Positions 9,245 to 18,708 of a DNA stretch of 64,000 bases are shown piece after piece. The stretch is taken from NCBI GenBank assembly GCA_964538435.1, contig CAZIDX010000001.1, positions 393 through 64,392 on the forward strand, given 5' to 3'. How positions within the stretch are numbered: the first letter of the stretch is position 1; the number at the start of each line of letters is the position of its first letter. A model generated the notes under the pieces. The model was not told the DNA's origin, ran no database searches, and saw nothing but the letters and a program-made list of their open reading frames with translations. Source of the stretch: an uncultured Gammaproteobacteria bacterium (GTDB lineage: Bacteria > Patescibacteriota > Patescibacteriia > UBA9934 > GWF2-40-263). The position numbers and the translations under genes were made by a program.

Positions 9245-10450
9245 ATGAAAAAAGCGATCTCATTCATCGTTCTGGGTGTGGTGGTTGTGCTTTCTGTCAC
9301 AGCAGCCACATATATCGTGCTCATGCAGCTGGATCCTGATCTTGAAGTACGTAAAATGATGATAGCAATGGCCAGCCTCGAGACAGTGAGGCAAGACTCA
9401 GGCTTTAGCTGGACGCGCGGAGAAGGCAGTGAGCGCATAAACACAACACTCTACACAACAGGCCAGATAAGCATTGATGATGAGGCTAATCTCCAGCACG
9501 CAACACAGTTTCGGGTTGTGCACATGGGGGCGGATAATTCGTACTCAGACCTCTCAGGCGAATTCCGAATGCTAGAGGATGCAAGCTACCTCACATACAC
9601 ACCTCCAGGCCCAAGCGTAGACGGCGTGTCGTTTGATCAAGAGCAAACCTGGATTGCATTCGCTCAAGATGAGCTGCTCTCCTGGGGGGCTGTGCTACCG
9701 GGTCTTGAGCTTCCAATCGCTTTGAGTGAACAGAAAATATCCTGGACCCCAGACGTATTCGCGCGCCTCCGTTACCTGCTTTCCTCAACAGATGTTTTCA
9801 TCGCCCAAGCAAGTGGACTCACACAGATCGTAGGGAATGCAAACACAAGAATAATTGATGCAACGTTTGACCCAGATGTTGTAGAAGCCTTCCTGCGTGA
9901 CATTGTGCGCGCAAAGCAAGGGCGAGACCCAACAGAAGACGAACGAGAGCTTGTGGCCAAGCAGGCCGAGCAGATTAAGCGATTAACATTCAGGTTCTGG
10001 ATCGGCACACAGGATCATTATCTTTATAAACTACAAGCCGCTGGCGCCTTCTCAGATCCAGAAACAAATGACCTAATCCCAGTTGACATCAAGGTAGAGT
10101 TTGAGGACTTCAACGAACCATTCGACATTGACGAGCCCAATGACCCACTCCTTTTTGAGCAAGTACTCAGGTCAGTGTTTGCTGACCTGCCAGATTCAGA
10201 AGCGCTCACACTGGGAGGGGTAAACAAGGTGCTAGTAACAGATGAAACAGCAAGGCTGCCAGTAGAGGAGGTGGAGGAATCAACCGACCAAGATGAGGAT
10301 GGGCTTAGCAATGTTCTTGAGGCGTTCTACGGCACCAATCCAAACGACCCTGACACAGATGGTGATGGGGTAACAGACGGCGACGAGGTGCGCAAAGGGC
10401 ATAATCCACGAGGAACCGGGTCATTATTCGGATTCGGGCTAGAGAGATAG
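9245..10450 (+). CDS. Exported protein with C-terminal DxDxDG calcium-binding repeats
   Basis: N-terminal TM helix; DQDEDGLS..E...GTNP..PDTDGDG..DG.EV..G.NP. Confidence 0.8.
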   Translation: MKKAISFIVLGVVVVLSVTAATYIVLMQLDPDLEVRKMMIAMASLETVRQDSGFSWTRGEGSERINTTLYTTGQISIDDEANLQHATQFRVVHMGADNSYSDLSGEFRMLEDASYLTYTPPGPSVDGVSFDQEQTWIAFAQDELLSWGAVLPGLELPIALSEQKISWTPDVFARLRYLLSSTDVFIAQASGLTQIVGNANTRIIDATFDPDVVEAFLRDIVRAKQGRDPTEDERELVAKQAEQIKRLTFRFWIGTQDHYLYKLQAAGAFSDPETNDLIPVDIKVEFEDFNEPFDIDEPNDPLLFEQVLRSVFADLPDSEALTLGGVNKVLVTDETARLPVEEVEESTDQDEDGLSNVLEAFYGTNPNDPDTDGDGVTDGDEVRKGHNPRGTGSLFGFGLER

Positions 10451-10451
10451 A

Positions 10452-12230
10452 ATGACAGCAAAAAAACGAAAACGAGCTTGGCGCCCATCGCGCAAATCAA
10501 ATCCAGACACCCGTCTGGAAGTTTTGCGCATTGGAGCGATCTTATTTGTTTCGGTGATTGTTCTCAAGCTGTTTATCCTCCAGGTGGTCCAGCATGATTT
10601 TTATGATGCGCTTGCAAGTGGGCAGCACGAACTCTTTGAGGAGCTGATTCCAGTCAGAGGTACAGTGTACGTGCATGATTACAAGGATGAAACATTGGTT
10701 CCCGTTGCAACCAATCAAAAACTAGCATTCATCTACGCAGACCCTCGGCTCGTGGAAGATCCAGACGGAACCGCAGAAGACTTGGGGGATATCTTTGATT
10801 GGGATGAAGAAAAAATTGAAGCGCTCGAAGCCAGACTTGAGCAAGAAGACGATCCATACGAGCCAGTCATGAGAAAAGTCGAAGAGGACATGCTTGACGA
10901 GGTGCTTGCGCTTGAGTTGCCAGGCATTTTCTATGTCAGAGAAGCTTCCAGGCTCTATCCAGAGGCTGAGATGAGCGGGCATGTGCTCGGGTTTGTAGGC
11001 TCAAACGAAGACGGTTCGCTCTCTGGAAAATACGGCATCGAAGGATATTTTAACGAGGAGCTCTCAGGTGAAGCAGGATATCTTCTCTCAGAACGAGACA
11101 TTGCAGGTAGGCTCATTGCTGTGGCAGATCGTGTGTATGAGCCAGCGCAAGATGGTGTTGATATCGTGCTAACACTCGATAGGACCGTGCAGTACAAGGC
11201 TTGCTCGCTCTTAAACGAGGCCGTGGAGAAGCATGGTGCTGATGGTGGAAGCGTGGTGATCATCGAGCCGTCAACGGGGCACATTCTTGGGATGTGTGGA
11301 GCTCCAGACTATGATCCAAACGCATACGGCCAAGTGGACAGCATTGATCAGTTTAACAACCCAGCCATTTTTAACGCCTACGAACCAGGTTCGATTTTCA
11401 AGCCTCTCACCATGGGGGCAGCACTTGATGTTGAGGCTGTAACTCCAACAACGCTGTACACAGATCTTGGATATGAAATGGTTGATGGTTGGGATTATCC
11501 AATTAGAAACGCAGAAGACAAGGTGTATGGCGAGGTGAATATGACTCAGGTTCTAGAAGACTCCGTTAACACAGGAATGATTTTTTCCATGCGCGAAACC
11601 GGCATGGATACCTTTGTGGAGTACGTAAAGACGTTTGGTTTTGGGGAGTCTACAGGCATCGAACTTGATACAGAGGCAATTGGAACCATCAGTTCTCTCG
11701 ACATTGGCGCAGAGATCTACGCCGCAACCGCAAGTTACGGACAGGGGATCACAGTCACACCACTCCAGATCGCCATGGCCTACGCAGCAATCGCAAATGG
11801 AGGCGTGCTCAAAAAACCGCTTATTGTTGATGAGGTGCACAATCCAGACGGAACCGTAGAAAAACGAACATCTCAAGACCTGGCGCAAGTCATTCAATCA
11901 TCAACCTCTCGCACGCTCGCTGCCATGCTTGTGTCTGTGATTGAACATGGTCATGGTTCTCGTGCTGGTGTTGAGGGGTATTACATTGCAGGAAAGACAG
12001 GAACCGCCCAGGTGGCTCGATCAGACGCGGTCGGTTACGACGAGGACAACACCATTGGTTCTTTTGCTGGCTTTGGGCCAGTTGAAGACCCTCGTTTTGC
12101 AATGGTGGTTCGTATTGATAATCCAAAAGACGTAGTCTGGGCAGAATCCACGGCCGCCCCGCTCTTTGGGGAGATTGCAGAGTTTCTGCTACAGTACTTT
12201 GAGATCCCTCCAGTTCGCACACTAGAATAA
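10452..12230 (+). CDS. ftsI: Class B penicillin-binding protein (FtsI/PBP2)
   Basis: PVRGTVY; EPGSIFK (SxxK); SVN (SxN); GKTGTAQ. Confidence 0.9.
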   Translation: MTAKKRKRAWRPSRKSNPDTRLEVLRIGAILFVSVIVLKLFILQVVQHDFYDALASGQHELFEELIPVRGTVYVHDYKDETLVPVATNQKLAFIYADPRLVEDPDGTAEDLGDIFDWDEEKIEALEARLEQEDDPYEPVMRKVEEDMLDEVLALELPGIFYVREASRLYPEAEMSGHVLGFVGSNEDGSLSGKYGIEGYFNEELSGEAGYLLSERDIAGRLIAVADRVYEPAQDGVDIVLTLDRTVQYKACSLLNEAVEKHGADGGSVVIIEPSTGHILGMCGAPDYDPNAYGQVDSIDQFNNPAIFNAYEPGSIFKPLTMGAALDVEAVTPTTLYTDLGYEMVDGWDYPIRNAEDKVYGEVNMTQVLEDSVNTGMIFSMRETGMDTFVEYVKTFGFGESTGIELDTEAIGTISSLDIGAEIYAATASYGQGITVTPLQIAMAYAAIANGGVLKKPLIVDEVHNPDGTVEKRTSQDLAQVIQSSTSRTLAAMLVSVIEHGHGSRAGVEGYYIAGKTGTAQVARSDAVGYDEDNTIGSFAGFGPVEDPRFAMVVRIDNPKDVVWAESTAAPLFGEIAEFLLQYFEIPPVRTLE

Positions 12231-12242
12231 AACCGCTCACCA

Positions 12243-12290
12243 CGTCATCCTGAGCGCCTGCCTGCCGGTAGGCAGGAAGCGAAGGATCCC
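12243..12290 (+). repeat. Solo CGTC-type palindromic repeat, same family as the GIY-YIG element left end, with an internal CCTGCCTGCCGGTAGGCAGG palindrome
   Basis: CGTCATCCTGA...GAAGGATCCC as at 41450-41488 and 45951-45988. Confidence 0.8.
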
Positions 12291-12333
12291 ACTCTCAGCA
12301 AGAAACAAGTCAACGAGCAGTATCTAAACTCAC

Positions 12334-13629
12334 ATGAATATGAAAGCGTTTATCCAGGCACAACTTAAGAAAAAGGCACAAAAACTCATTGCAAAGCACA
12401 AGCCGATGGTGATTGGAGTGACAGGTTCTGTTGGAAAGACGTCTGCGCGTAATGTGATCGCTCAGGTTCTGGGAGAAAAGTATCGCGTGCGCACAACCAT
12501 TGACAACTACAACAACGAACTCGGTTTGCCGCTGACGATTCTTGGTGAGAAATCACCTGGACGCTCAGTGCTGGGTTGGCTCAGGGTGCTCACAAAAAAG
12601 ATTGAAGACGTGCCAGAAGTGTTTGTGCTCGAATACGCTGTAGATCATCCAGGCGATATGGCTTACCTGTGCGACATTGCTGAGCCTGACATTGCAGTAT
12701 TCACACGCATCTCTCCAGTGCACGCTGAGAACTTCAGGTCAGTGGAAGAGCTCATCGAAGAGAAAGCTGTCTTGCTCGAGCGAACAAAAGAGGGTGGAAT
12801 GGTTGTGCTCAACGCAGATGATCCACGCGTCCTTGGCGCAAGCAATCACGCAAACGCACCTGCGATTACGTATGGGTTTGCTCAGAACGCAGACGTACGC
12901 GCAACTGATTATGAGCTTGCCACGCGAGAAGACTTCTCTTTTGAGCCTGGCGAGACACTCTCCGAGGTTCGCTTCACCGCCGTCACTGAAAAAACACAGC
13001 TCCCAGTTCGCCTCATCAACCTACTCGGCAGGACCGCCGCCCACGCTGTGCTCCCAGCCATTACTATCGGATGGCACCTAGGGCTAGATCCAGACGAGAT
13101 CACAAAGGGGCTTGCAAAGTCAGAGCTCGAGCCTGGGCGCATGAACCCTGTTCCAGGAATCAAAGGATCACTCATCATTGACTCAAGCTACAATGCAGCA
13201 CCTGCTTCCATGGAGGCTGGGCTCAATGTCCTGCATGAGTTCAAGCCAGTGGAGATAGCAAGACGAATCGCTGTGCTTGGTGTGATGGGGGAGCTTGGTG
13301 CAGACTCAGAGCAAGAGCATAGAATGATCGGGCTCAAGTGCGCAGAGGTTGGTGTCGATGTGCTCGTGACTGTTGGAGAAAAAGCAAGAGACATCCGCTA
13401 CGGCGCCATCGAGGCAGGAATCCCAGAAGACAAATGCGAACACTTTGAACACGCAGTAGAAGCCGGTCGTTGGATGGATGCGCACATCAAAAAGGGTGAC
13501 ATCGTGCTAGTGAAAGGATCACAATCGTCTCGCATGGAAAAGGTGGTAAAAGACATCATGGCTGAGCCACTCAGAGCAAAGGAGCTCCTGGTCAGGCAAT
13601 ATGGGAAGTGGGTGGAGGATGAGGAGTAA
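12334..13629 (+). CDS. murF: UDP-MurNAc-tripeptide--D-Ala-D-Ala ligase
   Basis: GVTGSVGKTS; NYNNELGLPLT; DSSYNAAP; VLGVMGELG; VLVKGS. Confidence 0.92.
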   Translation: MNMKAFIQAQLKKKAQKLIAKHKPMVIGVTGSVGKTSARNVIAQVLGEKYRVRTTIDNYNNELGLPLTILGEKSPGRSVLGWLRVLTKKIEDVPEVFVLEYAVDHPGDMAYLCDIAEPDIAVFTRISPVHAENFRSVEELIEEKAVLLERTKEGGMVVLNADDPRVLGASNHANAPAITYGFAQNADVRATDYELATREDFSFEPGETLSEVRFTAVTEKTQLPVRLINLLGRTAAHAVLPAITIGWHLGLDPDEITKGLAKSELEPGRMNPVPGIKGSLIIDSSYNAAPASMEAGLNVLHEFKPVEIARRIAVLGVMGELGADSEQEHRMIGLKCAEVGVDVLVTVGEKARDIRYGAIEAGIPEDKCEHFEHAVEAGRWMDAHIKKGDIVLVKGSQSSRMEKVVKDIMAEPLRAKELLVRQYGKWVEDEE

Positions 13630-13816
13630 CGTTCAAATAGAAGGATTAAAAAGAGTAGTAGGAGTATGAGGATTCGTATTTGCGATTCCTTCTAACCCTA
13701 CTACTCTTTCTATTTGCGAGTTACTCCTTCTAACCCTTCCTATTGACAAAACCCAAAAATCGTGTACGGTCCATCAGTTCAACCGAACAAAACTTTCCTC
13801 GCAGATTCGCTGCGAG

Positions 13817-14683
13817 ATGAATTCCTGTGTGGATGCACAGGTGGTCCCCGCCATCGGCGGGGGGAACGTGAGTGGCAGCACAAATCCTGTCACAGAAAGG
13901 ATCGGATGGATGTCCGACCGTATTCGCCTCAGAGGTCCTTCGCAGAAGTTCAAACCCACAGACGGTCCCAGCAAGATGGACCTGCTCCTCGGAATCGCGG
14001 AGCCGTACGTACACGGTCAGCTCCGGGTCGTGAGTGTCAAGCTCGAGGGCATCGTCGACGAGCTGAACAAGCGATCGCGCAAAGAGCGGTTCGTCGGCTG
14101 TGTAGTGTCCTATGCACCGCTCCGCCTCAAGGACGGCAGCTTCGACCCCGACTACTGCACATTCGTGCTACAGCGAATGGTGGGTACCGGAAGAGCTGGG
14201 GATCCCGAATACCTGATCGTTCGAAGTTACGACACAAACCACCGCCGGGGATTCGAGGCAGTTCTCAGGTTCAAGCAGCCTGGCACCAGTGGTGAGTACG
14301 CACGTCGTCGTTGGGGATATCACCCTCGCATCACCAAGGTGAGCGTGGACTCAGGGCTGAGTCCGTGGAACATCATGAACTGCCTGGGTAACCCACCCGT
14401 CTTGGAAGACAGGCTTCTCGAGTTGTACCTCTCGGCAATCGGGCTCTTCGGAAAGATCGGTCTTTTCGATCCGATCACGGGCACAAGTGTCAATACCGAG
14501 GAGTTCGTGCAGGGGGCAATCGTTCGTTGCGACCTCCATCGTATCGATCGAACCATGCGCATCCGCTACGAGTTCATCGAGTCCCATACCGGAATCGCCT
14601 TCCATGGCGAGTATAACACCAGGACCGGTGAGGCCTGGCTGCGACTCGGCCACGGCTGGGACCCGAAGGATCCCTACTGCTAG
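13817..14683 (+). CDS. Hypothetical protein (GC-rich guest unit)
   Basis: 288-aa ORF; TTGACA at 13743; GC-rich codon usage; start codon uncertain. Confidence 0.7.
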   Translation: MNSCVDAQVVPAIGGGNVSGSTNPVTERIGWMSDRIRLRGPSQKFKPTDGPSKMDLLLGIAEPYVHGQLRVVSVKLEGIVDELNKRSRKERFVGCVVSYAPLRLKDGSFDPDYCTFVLQRMVGTGRAGDPEYLIVRSYDTNHRRGFEAVLRFKQPGTSGEYARRRWGYHPRITKVSVDSGLSPWNIMNCLGNPPVLEDRLLELYLSAIGLFGKIGLFDPITGTSVNTEEFVQGAIVRCDLHRIDRTMRIRYEFIESHTGIAFHGEYNTRTGEAWLRLGHGWDPKDPYC

Positions 14684-14684
14684 A

Positions 14685-14748
14685 CCAACGTCTGACTTCC
14701 AACGTCTGACTTCCAAAGTCTGACTTCCAACGTCTGACTTCCAACGTC
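14685..14748 (+). repeat. 14-bp tandem repeat CCAACGTCTGACTT, about 4.5 copies
   Basis: Read directly; one copy has a C>A change. Confidence 0.95.
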
Positions 14749-14985
14749 AGGCGTCCCCACGAGCCCCGCTCGTGAGACGAAACACTCCGTTTCGCTCGCG
14801 TGCGGGGTGTTTTGTTCAAGCTCAACATCTCAAGCTCAACATCGAACGTCCATAAAAGAAGTCAACCTAGTCATGTTATGTACATCGAACGTCCATTTGT
14901 TGATTTTGAGAAAAAACATTGACAAAACGTTTCAAATAAAGAAAACTTACGTTCTTGCAACCACAGCAAGAGAAAAGGTGGGATT

Positions 14986-15183
14986 GTGACGCACCGATAC
15001 AAGTTCGGATGGAGTCTTTTCGTGGTCTGTACCATTGGTCTGATCAACATGCTGCACTACGGGATCGATGGGAGGTTGTCGGTGTTGCTCGGCCTGCTCG
15101 CAGGGATCGCCTGCTACGCACTCCTGAGCGCCTACCAAGGTCTCACGCGAGGGTCTCAGAACACAACGGGTGCTCAGCAGTGA
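14986..15183 (+). CDS. Small 2-TM membrane protein
   Basis: GTG start after AAAGGTGG; TTGACA at 14919; two hydrophobic segments. Confidence 0.6.
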   Translation: MTHRYKFGWSLFVVCTIGLINMLHYGIDGRLSVLLGLLAGIACYALLSAYQGLTRGSQNTTGAQQ

Positions 15184-15389
15184 CCAGCGAGCACAGGCGA
15201 TGGTTCTGCATCATGATCTTCGTTGCCAACACGATCGTCTACGGGATCATGCTCCTATGCATCGGAGAGCTGAAGTACCTGTGGGTTGCCCCAATCGGTG
15301 GCTTCCTGGCAGCAGTGATCACGCATGCCAGCCTCGATGTGATCACGGTCCAAGAGACAAAACAAAACACCCAACATCGCAAGGTGTGA
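15180..15389 (+). CDS. Small 2-TM membrane protein
   Basis: GTGA start/stop overlap with the previous ORF; two hydrophobic segments; hairpins follow. Confidence 0.6.
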   Translation: MTSEHRRWFCIMIFVANTIVYGIMLLCIGELKYLWVAPIGGFLAAVITHASLDVITVQETKQNTQHRKV

Positions 15390-15543
15390 GGGGGTACACA
15401 CGAGTCGTTCGTCACACGAGACGAACGGCCATGCCCGCCATAGCTCGAACAGCGACGGCGGGTTTCTGTTTGCTCACCAATCTTGACAAAAAAAGGATTT
15501 TCCACTAATATTCTGAGCCAACAGCTTGCAAAAGGAGAACGCG

Positions 15544-16140
15544 ATGGAACTACTGCTGGCTGGAATCGCAGGGGGCATCATGATCGCGGTGCTCCTGATC
15601 TACATCCGCAACATCCTCTACGCTGACATCGGCATGAACCTGTCGACCTGGCTGATCGCCACGGTTGGCCTGCTCGTGCAGAACGTCACGTACTACTCGA
15701 CTGTGGACGGCGAGCTGCATCTGCTCGTAGTGCCAACCATCATCTCTGTCGGCCTTATCGTGAACACGACACTGGGCTGGCGCAAGAGTACGTTCGGCAA
15801 GATCAAGTCGTTCGACATCTTCGCCATGGCAGTGACAGCATTCTGCCTGGTCGCCTGGGTGTGGCTCGGTGGGGTCGTGGTCAATGTGATCCTGCAGGTC
15901 GCACTGCTGATGTCCTTCGTCCCAACGATTCGTGACCTGCGCGCCAAGAAGTTCGAGGACGACCCCTTCCCATGGGGGCTCGCAGCTGTCAGCTTCATCT
16001 TCCAGGTCATGGCTGTCTCGATCTCGGTCGAGGTGCTCGCAGAAGACTGGCCCAGGCTCATCAACCCAATCCTAGTCGGCTTCCCCGGCAATGCGCTCGT
16101 CTGCTGGGCCGCGTTCACTGGAAAGAGGAAGCAGGCCTAG
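15544..16140 (+). CDS. Multi-pass membrane protein (guest unit)
   Basis: SD AAGGAG; TTGACA-N17-TAATAT at 15483; about six hydrophobic segments; terminator 16149-16172. Confidence 0.8.
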   Translation: MELLLAGIAGGIMIAVLLIYIRNILYADIGMNLSTWLIATVGLLVQNVTYYSTVDGELHLLVVPTIISVGLIVNTTLGWRKSTFGKIKSFDIFAMAVTAFCLVAWVWLGGVVVNVILQVALLMSFVPTIRDLRAKKFEDDPFPWGLAAVSFIFQVMAVSISVEVLAEDWPRLINPILVGFPGNALVCWAAFTGKRKQA

Positions 16141-16225
16141 TACACAGCAACTCCGCAAACGGCGGAGTTTTTCAATTCAAAAACCACCGACTAAAGCCGA
16201 TGATTTGTTTACTGATCAATAACAG

Positions 16226-16960
16226 CTAAAGCTCGCTTTCCATTTTCAGAAGGTAGTTTGTGGCACTGTCACCGCCATCAGCTGTGATGGTTGTGCCGTT
16301 TACAAAAGCAGATTTGTCAGACAAAAGGAAGCTAACAATATTGGCGATGTCTTTATAGTCACCGAGTCTACCCAGTGGGTTAAACGACTTTGCTTCGTCT
16401 AGTAATTCTTGTGGCGACTGCATCCCATCTCCGATCCAACCAGGAGCAATATTGTTTGTTCTGATGCCTTTTGACGAAAGAATATTCGCCATACTCATAG
16501 AAAGGTTTGTGAGAGCAGCTTTGCTCGCAGAGTAGGCAAGTCCTGAGATGGCGCCTGTAAAGGCGTCTGTGCTGGTAATGTTTACAATCGATCCACCTTT
16601 TTGAATGTTACCTTTCAGACCATCAATAAGGAGTAGGGGCGCATGCAGATTCACCTCAAACGTTTTCTCCCAGTCAGACATTTCAAATGCATCGAAGTCG
16701 ATGTCAACAAACACACCCGCGCAGTTCACAATTCCGTGAAGCTCAACGTTGTGTAAATCTGAAATGAGACGAAGTGTATTCTCGCGATCTGAAAAGTTGC
16801 ATTGATAGATCTCAAGATTCTCTAGTTCCTTTTTCATCTGCAAGGCTTCATTTTCGTTTGTGTTGTAAACACCATGCACGAAGTAGCCTTCTTTGATAAG
16901 AGTTTCAGCAGCAGCTTTTCCTATCCCTCTTGAGATGCCTGTGACAAGTATGTTTTTCAT
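16226..16960 (-). CDS. SDR family oxidoreductase
   Basis: TGISRGIG; NCAG; YSASK; IAPG. Confidence 0.92.
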   Translation of the reverse strand: MKNILVTGISRGIGKAAAETLIKEGYFVHGVYNTNENEALQMKKELENLEIYQCNFSDRENTLRLISDLHNVELHGIVNCAGVFVDIDFDAFEMSDWEKTFEVNLHAPLLLIDGLKGNIQKGGSIVNITSTDAFTGAISGLAYSASKAALTNLSMSMANILSSKGIRTNNIAPGWIGDGMQSPQELLDEAKSFNPLGRLGDYKDIANIVSFLLSDKSAFVNGTTITADGGDSATNYLLKMESEL

Positions 16961-16971
16961 ATGAGAACATG

Positions 16972-17526
16972 TTAACACAGCTGATGAAATTCGCACGTTT
17001 TTACAACCTCACAAATCTCCCCAACCTCTGCCATTGCACCCATCCCAACATCACCACAAGCAAGACTCTTTTCAATTGGATTGATAGTCTGGAGCCTGTG
17101 CCACTGCCCAAGCTTCTCTAGATGCTCTGCGGTTGCAGGGTGCTCCCACATGTTTGTGTTCATTGCTGGAGCAAGAAGCACGGGCTTCTCTCGGTTCCAT
17201 GCGCGCACAAGGCAGGTGAGCAGATTGTTGCACCGTCCGTGCGCAAGCTTTGCAAGCGTATCCGCACTCAGTGGAGCAATCACAAGCACATCCGCCCACT
17301 TCCCAAGCTCGATATGAGGAATCTCCTGACCTCGCTCATAGCTCTCACCCCACTCGTCTTTATCACGCAAGACAGGCACCTCAACATCCTCGAGCTTAAA
17401 GAAATGTAAGGCCGACTCTGTCGCTGTGACCTTTACTTCACCAATCTCGCTTAATTGCCTCACAAGCTCAGGAGTCTTAATTGCAGCAACCGACCCTGTG
17501 ACTCCGAGCAGTATCTTTGGTTTCAT
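16972..17526 (-). CDS. coaC: Phosphopantothenoylcysteine decarboxylase-like HFCD flavoprotein
   Basis: GVTGSVAAIK; HIEL; APLSADTLAKLA.G; PAMNTNMW; LACGDVGMG. Confidence 0.85.
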   Translation of the reverse strand: MKPKILLGVTGSVAAIKTPELVRQLSEIGEVKVTATESALHFFKLEDVEVPVLRDKDEWGESYERGQEIPHIELGKWADVLVIAPLSADTLAKLAHGRCNNLLTCLVRAWNREKPVLLAPAMNTNMWEHPATAEHLEKLGQWHRLQTINPIEKSLACGDVGMGAMAEVGEICEVVKTCEFHQLC

Positions 17527-17611
17527 ATACTTAGACTCTACAAATAAGAAAACCGCTTGGCAATACCAAACGGTATTCTATTTGAAAAACCCCGCCTAGT
17601 GGGTCGGGGTC

Positions 17612-17815
17612 TTAGTTGGCTTCCTTCTCCTGGGTTGCAGGAAAGAAGCTGTGCAGCGGCGCGCCAGAGATGCACTCAGCGCGGTCATTGCAGTAACGAA
17701 CGTTCTGGTCGACATCTACTCCGCAGAGTTTTGCCTTGCTCTTGTAGACCGAGATGAACGCATCCGGCCTTTCTTCGCCACAGATATGGCAGGTCCATGT
17801 GGTTCCGGGGAACAT
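17612..17815 (-). CDS. Small Cys-containing (Zn-finger-like) protein
   Basis: WTCHICG...YCNDRAEC; SD GGAGGG; terminator 17585-17610. Confidence 0.65.
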   Translation of the reverse strand: MFPGTTWTCHICGEERPDAFISVYKSKAKLCGVDVDQNVRYCNDRAECISGAPLHSFFPATQEKEAN

Positions 17816-17817
17816 AT

Positions 17818-18093
17818 CTACCCCCTCCTTTCTTCTCTTGGTGAGCGGCTGCGTCTGGCGAGGTACAGACCGGCCAGGAGCTCACCCGCGATGTTGATAG
17901 CAAAGATGCACAGCATGAGCACGAGGAATCCCGCCAGAATCGATTTACCCGCTGGGTCGTGCGTGGTCACTGCATCAAGGTGCAGGACAAGCAATGTAAC
18001 CAGTATCAGAGCAACAGCACCGATCCGCTTGAGCAGCGAAGTGCTCTTGAGCTGAGCGATCAGTTCTTGCTTGAACGTGAGTGTAGATGTCAC
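17818..18093 (-). CDS. Small 2-TM membrane protein (guest unit)
   Basis: Two hydrophobic helices; TTGACA-N17-TTAACT at 18153-18158. Confidence 0.6.
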   Translation of the reverse strand: MTSTLTFKQELIAQLKSTSLLKRIGAVALILVTLLVLHLDAVTTHDPAGKSILAGFLVLMLCIFAINIAGELLAGLYLARRSRSPREERRG

Positions 18094-18440
18094 GCATCCA
18101 CCCTTCTGCTACTTGCATGTAACGAACAGAGTTAAGCAGTTTGCAGCCTGCTTGTCAAGATACCTGGAATCAGAAAAGACTCTCGAAAGAGAGGCTTGCG
18201 ATAACCCAACAACTGTTTCAAAACCCTCACCATAGTGAGAGTTTTGAGTCACATATTTCATTATTCTCAATATTTTTGTTTGGTGAGGTTTCATAACCCT
18301 CACCATTGACGTGATTTTGAAACTTCTTAAACGGTCAATATTGTTTTGAAAGGCTTGATTGAAAAAGTAGAGTATGATATATTTTTCCCGCCGTTTGATA
18401 CGGCCCCATTCCGCTAAGCGCGATAGGGGCCCAAACATGC

Positions 18441-18515
18441 GGCCCCATCGTCTAACGGTCAGGACGCCAGGTTCTCATCCTGGAAATCGGGGTTCGATTC
18501 CCCGTGGGGTCACCA
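18441..18515 (+). tRNA. tRNA-Glu(CTC)
   Basis: GGCCCCA acceptor stem; anticodon arm CCAGG-TTCTCAT-CCTGG; T-loop GGTTCGATTCC; 3' CCA encoded. Confidence 0.97.
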
Positions 18516-18550
18516 ATAAAAACGCTCACCTGAAAGGTGGGCGTTTTTAT
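18516..18550 (+). terminator. Bidirectional terminator after the tRNA
   Basis: ATAAAAACGCTCACC-TGAAA-GGTGGGCGTTTTTAT. Confidence 0.85.
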
Positions 18551-18708
18551 TGGTACCCGATCGGAGGATGAGAACCTCGCGGGTTCGATGCGTGAGAGAG
18601 CGAGAGTGATAAATGATAGTCGGTATCGGTTCTAAGACTTTCATTTATCACCGAGCGAACAAACGCAATATTGTGTTGGCATCCAACACAATATTCCCCG
18701 TGGGGTCC

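Noticed and set aside
14685-14748. CRISPR array
   Set aside because: Contiguous 14-bp tandem repeat with no spacers.
14745-14815. Hammerhead ribozyme suggested by GACGAAAC
   Set aside because: No CTGATGA-type core in the right position; two ordinary hairpins and a terminator explain it.
16181-16206. IS200/IS605-like end hairpin (AACCACCGACTAAAGCCGATGATTT)
   Set aside because: Single degenerate copy with no transposase nearby; more simply the SDR gene terminator.
18109-18571. ORFs 18109-18438 and 18374-18571
   Set aside because: They overlap the tRNA, its promoter region and terminators; composition looks non-coding.
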